Positions 1-8,054 of a stretch of DNA of 64,000 bases are shown piece by piece. Source of the stretch: Minisyncoccia bacterium (GTDB lineage: Bacteria; Patescibacteriota; Minisyncoccia; Phycocordibacterales; UBA9973). The notes below the pieces were generated by a model. The model ran no database searches. It saw nothing but the letters and a program-made list of their open reading frames with translations, and was not told where the DNA came from. Within the stretch, counting starts at the first letter, position 1; the number at the start of each line of letters is the position of its first letter. The stretch spans positions 68,375 through 132,374 of the forward strand of contig JBGSSJ010000014.1 in NCBI GenBank assembly GCA_041737125.1. The letters are read 5' to 3'. The position numbers and the translations under genes are program-made.

Positions 1-612
1 GTCTTGGTATTTCAATTTGCTCAGTTCTTTTGGATCTTTGAGATTTATGATTTATTTCTTGCTCACGAATTGGTCTGTAAACAGAAAGTGCTTTACCAAT
101 TACACTACTCAAAACACTATTTACTTTTAAGAAATCATTTACGATGATGTGATAGATTTGTAATCGCTGTTCTTTAAGTAGCCCAAGAAGCCACACATTT
201 AAGGCGGTTTTTAATTTACCCCAAGAACGCTCTGGAGCAAACTTTTTATCCTCATCAATTTGTTTAGATATGATATTAAAACAGAAAAGATTATATAATC
301 TCTCTAAATCGTGCTGTGACATCTCTTGTTCATAACTGCTTCCCTCAGAAAGAAGCTCCTGCTTGAAATTATCATAGTCATCAATCTCAACATCAACAAT
401 AAGCCCATTTGTGACTTTTTTATCTAAAGAAAGTTTTTTATCATTAAACTTTTTTATAACATTTGCTTTTGTATCTTTTTCTATAATACCAAAATAATTA
501 TTTGCTACCTTTTTGAAAGTTTCTTGGAAGCTATCACCTAAATCGTTATAGTCAGTACGGCTCATAAACACTGAGTCAAGAACAATTGGGTTCCTTGAAA
601 TACACCGACAAC
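1..612 (-). pseudogene. C-terminal-region fragment of a probable type III restriction (Res) subunit, 5'-truncated; runs off window start
   Basis: Open minus frame read by hand (..NPIVLDSVFMSRTDYNDLGDSFQETFKKVANNYFG..APERSWGKLKTALNVW..). It resembles the post-helicase region of Res subunits. The N-terminal helicase part is absent and the frame abuts the next gene's start. Confidence 0.45.
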
Positions 613-624
613 ATAAAAATTACT

Positions 625-1806
625 ATGGATACAGTTATTATTAAAATATATAGCCCTCATAATTTTAGGATTTCAAATTGGTCTTTATTTTTACCAGAAA
701 TTGTAAAAAGAAAATACGAAGATTTATCACCTACAGAGCGTTCGTCTACTCATCCCTATCTTAGACGATTTGTACTTCATCCTAAATCGCAAGAAGAGTA
801 TTTACCTCGTGTTGAGTTATTTGAAGCACTGACTGAAGACCGTAAAGATATACGTCATATTCTCAAGATTGAGTTTTCTGTCCCAAAGTTACTTTATTGG
901 AATAGTTTACAAGAAGCTGGAGAAAATGACGAGCAAAGAGTTTATTTATACTTAAAGTCAGCATTAGAAAGAGTTAGTATTTATGTAGAGATTGAAACAA
1001 TTAAAAACGCAACATTGTCATCAGTACACGCTTGTAAAAATATACCTCTACCTAAAACAATAAAAATGAGAGAAGTCATTAACGAACTTGCAAAGATGGA
1101 TATAAATAAAGCATTTGATATAAGTGATAAACAGTGCAAAAAAGGGGCTAGAGTTCTTAATATATATTCTGGGACGATAGATTGGTCTTTTTATGACAAG
1201 ATTTCTGACTCTCTTAGACCTAAGAATAAAAGAAGTGATAAAGGTCGTATAAATCAAGAAAGGGTTGTTATAGAAAGATATGGTTTACAGAATAGAGAGG
1301 TATTTCGTTATGAATACCGAATAAAGAAATCTCAAACAATCAAAAGAGAAATAAACGGTTTGCTTAATAGAAAATACGAAACTAAAGTTACTTTCAAAGA
1401 CCTATTTACTCCAAACTTATTAAAAACCCTAGTTCTTAATTCTTGGCATTCACTTATAGACCGACCTGAAAATCAATTGTCTCTTTTTAACACAATTGAT
1501 AAATTAGGACTTTTTCTGCATATATTGTCCGAAGCAAAAAAGAAGGGAGAAAAAGCTCACAGTATGAATAATGCTCTCATTTCATACGGATTAGCAACTG
1601 CCATAAGAGACCACGGAGTAAAGGAGGTTCGTGGAGCAATGTTTGATATATGGGATACAGACCATCCAGAAAGATTAACAAAGAAAATACGAACAGCTTC
1701 AGAACTAACCAAGGGCTTACCATATTCCAATAGTATCTCTTATCTTGATACAGCACTTAAAAGGTTTGAACTTATCAACTTAACTTCCTTGGAGAAAGGT
1801 ATATAA
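625..1806 (+). CDS. Putative rolling-circle replication initiator (phage/plasmid gene II/X, Rep_trans-like)
   Basis: ATG at 625 (MDTVIIKI); motifs IEFSVPKLL, FYDKI, VFRYEYRI; directly upstream of a recombinase. Confidence 0.55.
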   Translation: MDTVIIKIYSPHNFRISNWSLFLPEIVKRKYEDLSPTERSSTHPYLRRFVLHPKSQEEYLPRVELFEALTEDRKDIRHILKIEFSVPKLLYWNSLQEAGENDEQRVYLYLKSALERVSIYVEIETIKNATLSSVHACKNIPLPKTIKMREVINELAKMDINKAFDISDKQCKKGARVLNIYSGTIDWSFYDKISDSLRPKNKRSDKGRINQERVVIERYGLQNREVFRYEYRIKKSQTIKREINGLLNRKYETKVTFKDLFTPNLLKTLVLNSWHSLIDRPENQLSLFNTIDKLGLFLHILSEAKKKGEKAHSMNNALISYGLATAIRDHGVKEVRGAMFDIWDTDHPERLTKKIRTASELTKGLPYSNSISYLDTALKRFELINLTSLEKGI

Positions 1807-1947
1807 TGTATACATCTACCCGTTTTATGCAAAAGCATTTTTATTTAGACAACTTAATTGTTTTCTGTACAAATGGGCACCCTTGTCCGCTTTGCTTTTG
1901 CAAAATGGGTAGAGCAAGGTTGCCCTTTTGTGCCTTTATAAATAATT

Positions 1948-3591
1948 ATGGAAAATAAAAATACAATTAAATACTTTATCTATGCTCGTAAATCATCTGA
2001 GTCAGATGAAAAGCAAGTTCAATCTATTGATGACCAGATACTTGTTATGAATGGAATTGCAAAAAGTTATGGCTTTAAGATTGTAGATATTATTTCGGAG
2101 TCAAAATCAGCAAAAGAACCTCACGGACGACCAGAGTTTGAAAAAATGATTGAGCGTTTTCAAAAAGGTGAAGCACAGGGTGTACTTGTTTGGAAAATAG
2201 ACCGTCTCTCACGTAATCCAATAGATAGTGCAACTATTCAATGGTTTTTACAGAAAGGAGTTATTGCTTCAATTCGTACACCAGATAGAGAATACCGTCC
2301 AGAAGATAATGCTTTGCTTTTGAGTGTGGAGAGTAGTATGGCAAATCAATATATAAGAGATTTAAGTACAAATGTGAAGCGTGGTCTTAAAAGTAAACTA
2401 GAGAAAGGTTGGATGCCTTGTACTGCTCCACTTGGTTATTTGAATACAAAAACAGAAATACGGGGTGAGAATTATATTATTAAAGATACAGAACGTTTTG
2501 ATTTAATTCGTAAAGGTTGGGATTTATTACTTACTGGAAATTATAATGTAGTACAAGTAATGAGGAAACTTAATGAGTGGGGTTTTCGTACTAGAGCTTG
2601 GAAAAGGAGAGGTAACAAACCACTTGCTAAAAGCACTGTATATAAGATTTTTAATAACGTATTTTATGCTGGAATTATTCCGTATAAAGATTTATATGTT
2701 CAAGGCAAACACGACACAATGATTACTATTGAGGAGTTTGATAGAGTTCAAGTATTACTCGGTAAAAAAGGTAAGCCACGCCCACATAATTATGAATATG
2801 CTTATACAGGGCAAATAGTTTGTGGTGATTGTGGGGGTGTTGTTTCAGCTACATTCAAAGAAAAAATTATTAAGAAAACAAATAAACTCCAAAGTTATAT
2901 TTTGTATTATTGTATTTGTGCTCGTAAGCATAGTGATAAATGCCCAGACCAAAAACATTATACTAATTCAGATAAGATAGATGAAAAAATTGAGAAAGAA
3001 CTCATCTCCTTGACCATTTTACCAGAGTTCAAAGATTGGGCTCTTGCTATTATTGCTGAAAAGAATGATGAAGAAATTACAAACAGAACGAAGATTTATG
3101 AGACCCAACAAAAAGCTGTAAACGAAACACAGAAACAAATTGATAACCTCACACAACTACGTTTGAAAGATATGATAGATGATGATGAATATACGAAAGA
3201 AAAAACACGATTAAAAAATGAATTGGCTCTTTTAAGAACAAAGATGAAGGGTACAGAAGAAAGAGCTGATAATTGGCTAAAACTAACAGAACAAACATTT
3301 GAGTTCGCTTGTTATGCTCATAAGGCATTTATGTTTGGTGATATACAAACTAAGAGAGAAATACTAGGAACCATATCTCGTTTGAACTCAACATTAAAAG
3401 ACCACATACTCAATGTTACCAAAGTAGAATGGCTAGTACCCATAGAAAAACAGTATCCTTTGATAAAAGAGAAGTATGATGCGTTTGAACTGAAAAATAA
3501 GCATAACCCACAAAGACAAAAGGACGCTTTCGCGTCCTTGAGTCCCTTAATGCGCAGTCGAAGGGACTTGAACCCTCAACCTCCCACGTGA
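1948..3591 (+). CDS. Large serine recombinase (integrase)
   Basis: YARKSS catalytic Ser, DRLSRN, recombinase domain, Zn ribbon (CGDCG..YYCIC), coiled coil. Confidence 0.95.
   Translation: MENKNTIKYFIYARKSSESDEKQVQSIDDQILVMNGIAKSYGFKIVDIISESKSAKEPHGRPEFEKMIERFQKGEAQGVLVWKIDRLSRNPIDSATIQWFLQKGVIASIRTPDREYRPEDNALLLSVESSMANQYIRDLSTNVKRGLKSKLEKGWMPCTAPLGYLNTKTEIRGENYIIKDTERFDLIRKGWDLLLTGNYNVVQVMRKLNEWGFRTRAWKRRGNKPLAKSTVYKIFNNVFYAGIIPYKDLYVQGKHDTMITIEEFDRVQVLLGKKGKPRPHNYEYAYTGQIVCGDCGGVVSATFKEKIIKKTNKLQSYILYYCICARKHSDKCPDQKHYTNSDKIDEKIEKELISLTILPEFKDWALAIIAEKNDEEITNRTKIYETQQKAVNETQKQIDNLTQLRLKDMIDDDEYTKEKTRLKNELALLRTKMKGTEERADNWLKLTEQTFEFACYAHKAFMFGDIQTKREILGTISRLNSTLKDHILNVTKVEWLVPIEKQYPLIKEKYDAFELKNKHNPQRQKDAFASLSPLMRSRRDLNPQPPT
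3511..3539 (-). terminator. Intrinsic terminator for the tRNA operon, inside the recombinase CDS
   Basis: Minus strand AAGGACGC-GAAA-GCGTCCTT followed by TTGTCTTTG. Confidence 0.6.
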
Positions 3592-3626
3592 CAGGCGGGT
3601 GCTCTAACCAGTTGAGCTACGACTGC
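3553..3626 (-). tRNA. tRNA-Asp(GTC)
   Basis: Cloverleaf GCAGTCG..CGACTGC-G; anticodon arm CCCGC-CTGTCAC-GTGGG; T loop TTCAAGT. Confidence 0.95.
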
Positions 3627-3671
3627 ATTTAATTTACTACTCAAGCCTAACTTAATTTACGAATATTGCCT

Positions 3672-3716
3672 AGGTGGGTGCTCGCTATATTCTAATTGAG
3701 TTGAGCTACGACTGCA
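3672..3716 (-). repeat. Degenerate duplicate of the tRNA-Asp 5' half
   Basis: 18-bp exact match to 3610-3627 plus GAGCACCCACCT after an altered D loop. Confidence 0.8.
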
Positions 3717-3744
3717 AATTATTTTCCCGGCCAATTCCGGACTG

Positions 3745-3817
3745 TGTCGGCGACAGGGAATGATCCTGTGACCTCGGGCTTATGAGTCCCGCGCTCTACC
3801 AACTGAGCTACGCCGAC
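3745..3817 (-). tRNA. tRNA-Met/Ile2 (CAT), elongator type
   Basis: GTCGGCG..CGCCGAC-A; anticodon loop CTCATAA; atypical T loop ATCATTC. Confidence 0.88.
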
Positions 3818-3848
3818 ATATATTCTCGTGTCACTTGTCGCGACCTTG

Positions 3849-3919
3849 TTGCGGGGCCTAGAATCGAACTAGGGTCTTAAGGTTATGAGCCTTACGAGAT
3901 ACCATTTCTCTACCCCGCT
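3849..3919 (-). tRNA. tRNA-fMet(CAT), initiator-like
   Basis: AGCGGGG..CCCCGCA-A with unpaired 1:72, A11-U24, loop CTCATAA. Confidence 0.85.
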
Positions 3920-4078
3920 ATATAAAATAAGACATAAAAACGCTCAAACGAGCATAATAGCTATTATACTTAAAATAGAGAATTTTGCAATCATAGAATA
4001 TAATCCTTTGACTTTAATCCTAAATAGGTTTAGTCTATTTATGGTAACTTGATTTTTTACAATCTAAACTCCCAAGTA

Positions 4079-4288
4079 ATGATATGGCAAATATCTAACA
4101 TAACACGGCATCTTCTTTCTTGGGAATCAAATTATTCCCTAGATATATCACCAGACCTTGATTTTTATCATGGTATGGAAGATGAAGACTACTATTCACA
4201 AACTTATGATCTTTTCGATGAATTAGGCTATGCAAACGCCAAATCGATAGGGGAAGTAGGCATTGCGAGATTCTGTAGTGATTTATGA
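4079..4288 (+). CDS. Small acidic hypothetical protein
   Basis: ORF preceded by a TTGACT promoter-like sequence and followed by hairpin GGCCACC-CAAAA-GGTGGTC-TTTT. Confidence 0.45.
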   Translation: MIWQISNITRHLLSWESNYSLDISPDLDFYHGMEDEDYYSQTYDLFDELGYANAKSIGEVGIARFCSDL

Positions 4289-4414
4289 TAATAAAAGTTT
4301 TCTCGGCCACCCAAAAGGTGGTCTTTTATATGGTATAAACATACCGTTTGACATTATTCTCAAATGGGTGCATTATGTTCCTAAGCGATTTTGCGAATAT
4401 TAAAAATAAATTTT

Positions 4415-4801
4415 ATGTACGTTTTAATTCCTAACCGAAAGGTGGATATCATATTTAAATGGAATAAGTTGGGATTTTCTCTGGAAGAAGATCTGGAACT
4501 TTTTAAAAGAGAAAATAGTTTCGAGGAGCCGGAAAGTTTAGGGCTTCAAAAAATTAATTTTTCATACTTGTATTTAGAGGGATTGACTCTTCCAGTATGT
4601 AGTATTTGGGGGCAAACTTTCCAAATATCCTACGGGGATGTAGTAGTCCCGGAAGAGTTCTTTCAAACTAATTATTTTGAAATGGATAAAATATATCCAG
4701 GGCAAATAGTTAGTCCCAACTATCAAAAATTCGTTCTAACAGAAGATTGGCGAAAAATTGATCCAGATCTAAAGATTGTTTATATTTTTAGACCTTCCTA
4801 A
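4415..4801 (+). CDS. Hypothetical protein
   Basis: ORF with ATG at 4415 and TTGACA upstream; no recognised motif. Confidence 0.55.
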   Translation: MYVLIPNRKVDIIFKWNKLGFSLEEDLELFKRENSFEEPESLGLQKINFSYLYLEGLTLPVCSIWGQTFQISYGDVVVPEEFFQTNYFEMDKIYPGQIVSPNYQKFVLTEDWRKIDPDLKIVYIFRPS

Positions 4802-4903
4802 TTGCCTGTACTTTAAAAAATTTAACAAGGCTGTACTCTACATGAGGCAGCCTTTTTGTTTGGAAATAAACTTTAATTATAGTATTATCAGCATTATCTG
4901 CAC

Positions 4904-4978
4904 GCCGTCGTAGCTTAGTGGTAAAGCACTGTCTTGGTAAGACAGAGACCATGAGTCCGATTCTCATCGACGGCTCCA
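4904..4978 (+). tRNA. tRNA-Thr(GGT)
   Basis: GCCGTCG..CGACGGC-T-CCA; anticodon arm CTGTC-TTGGTAA-GACAG. Confidence 0.93.
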
Positions 4979-4984
4979 AAATAA

Positions 4985-5014
4985 AAGGCCTCTTCTTATA
5001 AAAGAAGGGGCCTT
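4985..5014. terminator. Hairpin terminator between tRNA-Thr and the proC-like gene
   Basis: AAGGCCTCTTCTT-ATAA-AAGAAGGGGCCTT between convergent genes. Confidence 0.7.
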
Positions 5015-5028
5015 AAGGGTTTGTTTTT

Positions 5029-6033
5029 TTATTGCCAGAGGGGTAGCGCGTAAGGTTTAATGCTTTGCCCAGAAAGATTATCCGAATTGTTTTTCCTTCT
5101 CCATTCATTAAAATCATTGTTTATTTTACGTTTCATTGATTTAACCTTCTTGTACATAGCATCAAATGCTTTTGAAAGTTTTTCAACAGAGAGTATATCC
5201 TCAAGTGAGTTACATAAGGTTAATCCTCTCTCTGTGCATCCACCAGGTGTAGCTACAATCTTAATATAATCTTCAAGCTTGTCGCACCCATCATCCATAC
5301 CAATAGAAAGACATAGGGTGTAGTAAGTACTATCGAAGCTTAATCGAGCTGTTTGATGAAAACCCGAGCCAAATATTTTTAAAGTTGCCTCCTTTTTGGC
5401 GGTTAAATATTTTTCTATCAGGCCTTGTCTTGATTTCAATTGTCTCAGAAATACACCAAATGATTTATCTCCCCCTTCTATTTCATATCGAAGTTTTATG
5501 TATTGGGAATCAAACGCTGCCATTGATGCACATAACACTATGTATTTTTCAATATCTCCAGTAGAAACATCGAGCATTACTTGGTGTTTTAATTGTGGAA
5601 AAATTTTTTTCATTAATGAGACCTGATCTTCTTTTATGGCTCGATAGCAAATAATCCCATAACCATAAGCAATGTTTACATTTACTGTCGCTTTAACAAC
5701 ACTCTCCTCTGATATTTTTATTATCCTAGAAATTATTGTGATGTTAAGTCCTGTTACAAAGCTTATAATCTTAGCATCAGGGTTTATTCTACCTCTAAGA
5801 TCAACCAAAAGATTTACAGCATCAACTGGCCTTACAGCCAAAATAATATGTTTATAATCCTTTAGGTCGGGTGAGTTAATTTCCAGATTCCTTGCGTCTG
5901 GATTTTGAGGGTTGAAGTAGTCACGTTTTACTACAAAAATGTTTTCTTTTTTGTAGCCTGCGTAATTTATCAAGCCTTGAACAATTTCTTTACCAAGTTT
6001 ACCGTTGCCAATGATGGCGATTTGCTTACTCAT
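5029..6033 (-). CDS. proC: Pyrroline-5-carboxylate reductase family protein
   Basis: N-terminal IAIIGNGKLG, IILAVRP, C-terminal VATPGGCTERGL. Confidence 0.8.
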   Translation of the reverse strand: MSKQIAIIGNGKLGKEIVQGLINYAGYKKENIFVVKRDYFNPQNPDARNLEINSPDLKDYKHIILAVRPVDAVNLLVDLRGRINPDAKIISFVTGLNITIISRIIKISEESVVKATVNVNIAYGYGIICYRAIKEDQVSLMKKIFPQLKHQVMLDVSTGDIEKYIVLCASMAAFDSQYIKLRYEIEGGDKSFGVFLRQLKSRQGLIEKYLTAKKEATLKIFGSGFHQTARLSFDSTYYTLCLSIGMDDGCDKLEDYIKIVATPGGCTERGLTLCNSLEDILSVEKLSKAFDAMYKKVKSMKRKINNDFNEWRRKNNSDNLSGQSIKPYALPLWQ

Positions 6034-6077
6034 TTTTTCAGCCTCCTCTGGCTGTGTTTATTTGATTTTTAATGAAC

Positions 6078-6112
6078 AAAAAAGAGCCCCACATTATGTA
6101 GAGCTCTTTTTT
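6078..6112 (-). terminator. Attenuator-type terminator in the proC leader
   Basis: Minus strand AAAAAGAGCTCTACA-TAA-TGTGGGGCTCTTTTT, 45 nt upstream of the proC start. Confidence 0.7.
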
Positions 6113-6135
6113 ATAATTTAATCTTAGAAGGAGAA

Positions 6136-6216
6136 TTACATTACAAAAAACAACCCTACATGTTTGTTCCATGGAGTACAGAAGGGAGTGTTATATTTTT
6201 GTATGTTTCTCGACAT
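6136..6216 (-). CDS. Putative 26-aa leader peptide MSRNIQKYNTPFCTPWNKHVGLFFVM
   Basis: Short ORF just upstream of the terminator; its ATGTAGGG can pair with the terminator 5' arm CTCTACAT. Confidence 0.5.
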   Translation of the reverse strand: MSRNIQKYNTPFCTPWNKHVGLFFVM

Positions 6217-6285
6217 ATTTTTAATGTATCATACACGTTTTCATATTGCAACAGTTGTGATAATCTATGTTTATCAGTTGGTAGA

Positions 6286-6395
6286 CCTGCCCGCCATCGC
6301 CTAAGCCCATGTAGCTCAATTAGTAGAGCATCGGTATCGTAAACCGAAGGTTAGGAGTGCAATTCTCCTCGTGGGCTCAGGCGTAGGCAGGCGGG
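6286..6395. mobile_element. Palindromic REP/MITE-like element carrying a tRNA
   Basis: Ends CCTGCCCGCCATCGC.. and ..GCTCAGGCGTAGGCAGGCGGG match the 47-bp element at 41665 and 42080. Confidence 0.75.
6305..6377 (+). tRNA. tRNA-Thr(CGT), atypical, nested in the palindromic element
   Basis: GCCCATG..CGTGGGC-T; anticodon arm TCGGT-ATCGTAA-ACCGA; T arm AGGAG-TGCAATT-CTCCT. Confidence 0.8.
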
Positions 6396-6467
6396 GCGAC
6401 CCCTTCGTAAGGGGTAGGTCCGCAGTTCGATTCTGCGAGGTGGCTCCATATTTGCTATACTAGTCTG

Positions 6468-7352
6468 ATGGATACAGAAGAAATAAAAAGAGAAATAGAC
6501 AAGCTAGAGGAGGAAATAACAGCTCCAGATTTCTGGAATAATAAATTAGAAGCACAAACTAAGATAAAGAAATTAGGGGAACTGAAAGACGCTTTACTTG
6601 GTAGTCAGAAGTATGACAAAGGTAATGCAGTACTCTCTATTTTATCTGGGGCAGGGGGTGATGATGCAGAGGACTTCTCCTCTATGCTTCTTACTATGTA
6701 TCTCAAATATATGGCAAGAAAAGGTTGGCAAGTGAATCTCATCCATGAGAATAAGAATGATGTGGGTGGCTTCCGCAACATATCTATAGAAGTCGCAGGG
6801 AAGAACGCTTATGGCACGCTGAAGAACGAGTCTGGAGTACATAGACTGGTACGTATATCACCATTTAATGCGAAGTCTCTTCGTCATACATCATTCTCTC
6901 TCGTAGAGGTGATACCGAAGCTCACAGTGAACGATAGTGTAATAGAAATACCACCCGAAGACATGAAGATCGAGTTCTCCAAGTCTGGAGGTCCAGGAGG
7001 CCAGAATGTCAACAAGAGGGAGACAGCAGTTCGCATAGTCCATATACCGACCAATCTATCCGTTCACGTCGCTACCGAGCGTTCCCAAGAGCAGAATCGC
7101 GAACGAGCGCTTGAAATGCTTAAAGGCAAGCTTTTTAAGAAGCGCCAAGAGGATGAGGCCAAGCTAAAAGCCGGTCTTTCTGTGTCTACGAAGTCAACCG
7201 AGATAGAGTGGGGCAGTCAGATTCGCTCATATGTACTCCATCCTTATAAACAAATAAAAGATCATAGGACCGATGTCGAAGTTCGTGATGTTGACAGCGT
7301 ACTTCTGGATGGTGAACTAGATGTCTTCATTGAAGCGGAAGCTCATTTGTGA
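6468..7352 (+). CDS. prfB: Peptide chain release factor 2 (shortened N-terminal domain)
   Basis: GVHRLVRISPF (SPF motif), GGPGGQNVNK, WGSQIRSYVLHPY. Confidence 0.93.
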   Translation: MDTEEIKREIDKLEEEITAPDFWNNKLEAQTKIKKLGELKDALLGSQKYDKGNAVLSILSGAGGDDAEDFSSMLLTMYLKYMARKGWQVNLIHENKNDVGGFRNISIEVAGKNAYGTLKNESGVHRLVRISPFNAKSLRHTSFSLVEVIPKLTVNDSVIEIPPEDMKIEFSKSGGPGGQNVNKRETAVRIVHIPTNLSVHVATERSQEQNRERALEMLKGKLFKKRQEDEAKLKAGLSVSTKSTEIEWGSQIRSYVLHPYKQIKDHRTDVEVRDVDSVLLDGELDVFIEAEAHL

Positions 7353-7368
7353 TATCCTTAGTAAGTAA

Positions 7369-8046
7369 ATGATTTATTTCAATAACGTCACAAAGAAATA
7401 TACGGACAGTATGTCACTTGATAATGTGACTATCTCTATATCTGCCGGTGAGTTTGTCGCTATTGTTGGTCACTCTGGTGCAGGGAAGACTACGTTGACG
7501 AAGCTTATCCTCGCTGAAGAGAATCCGACCGAAGGAACTATATTCTTTGAATCTACTGACATCCACAAGCTATCTAGTCGTGATCTGACTAACTTCCGTC
7601 GCAAGGTGGGTGTTGTTTTCCAAGATTTCCGCTTACTTTCGAATAAGACAGCATATGAGAATATAGCATTTGCCATGGAAGCTACGGGCAAAGACGATGA
7701 AGAAATAAGAGAAGACATACCGCATGTACTCGACCTTGTCGACTTATCTCATCGTGCTACACATTTCCCTCATCAACTCTCAGGTGGAGAGAAGCAGCGC
7801 CTCGCTATCGCCCGCGCAATTATTACACAGCCAGAGCTTATCATTGCGGATGAACCTACGGGCAATCTCGACCCAGTGAATGCCCATGAAGTTATAAATA
7901 TTCTAAAGAAGATTAATGATCTAGGTACTACTGTTATACTCACTACTCATAACCGCGCTATTATCGACTCACTGAAGAAGAGGGTAATTACTCTTGATAA
8001 TGGGAAAGTTATTAGAGATGATAAAGACGGCAAGTATGTGATATAA
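7369..8046 (+). CDS. ftsE: Cell division ATP-binding protein FtsE
   Basis: [34 protein letters not shown]; followed by ftsX. Confidence 0.93.
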   Translation: MIYFNNVTKKYTDSMSLDNVTISISAGEFVAIVGHSGAGKTTLTKLILAEENPTEGTIFFESTDIHKLSSRDLTNFRRKVGVVFQDFRLLSNKTAYENIAFAMEATGKDDEEIREDIPHVLDLVDLSHRATHFPHQLSGGEKQRLAIARAIITQPELIIADEPTGNLDPVNAHEVINILKKINDLGTTVILTTHNRAIIDSLKKRVITLDNGKVIRDDKDGKYVI

Positions 8047-8054
8047 TAAATTTT

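Larger units (their letters stand above)
1..3560. mobile_element. Right end of an integrative element inserted at the tRNA-Asp 3' end
   Basis: Rep-like gene plus serine recombinase ending inside the reverse-complement tRNA; the other end lies outside the window. Confidence 0.7.
6274..6448 (+). pseudogene. Interrupted outer tRNA-Thr(CGT) remnant
   Basis: TCAGTTGGTAGA (6274-6285) + insertion + GCG-ACCCC-TTCGTAA-GGGGT..CGCAG-TTCGATT-CTGCG-AGGTGGC-T-CCA (6396-6448); the 5' acceptor strand is missing. Confidence 0.8.

Noticed and set aside
4788-6342. Short ORFs 4788-4979 (-) and 6160-6342 (+)
   Set aside because: They overlap tRNA genes or the attenuator and have no protein-like features.
6286-6395. 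Self-splicing or archaeal-type intron in tRNA-Thr
   Set aside because: The insert is only 110 bp, lies in the D arm, has no group I/II core or bulge-helix-bulge, and the outer tRNA lacks its 5' acceptor strand.
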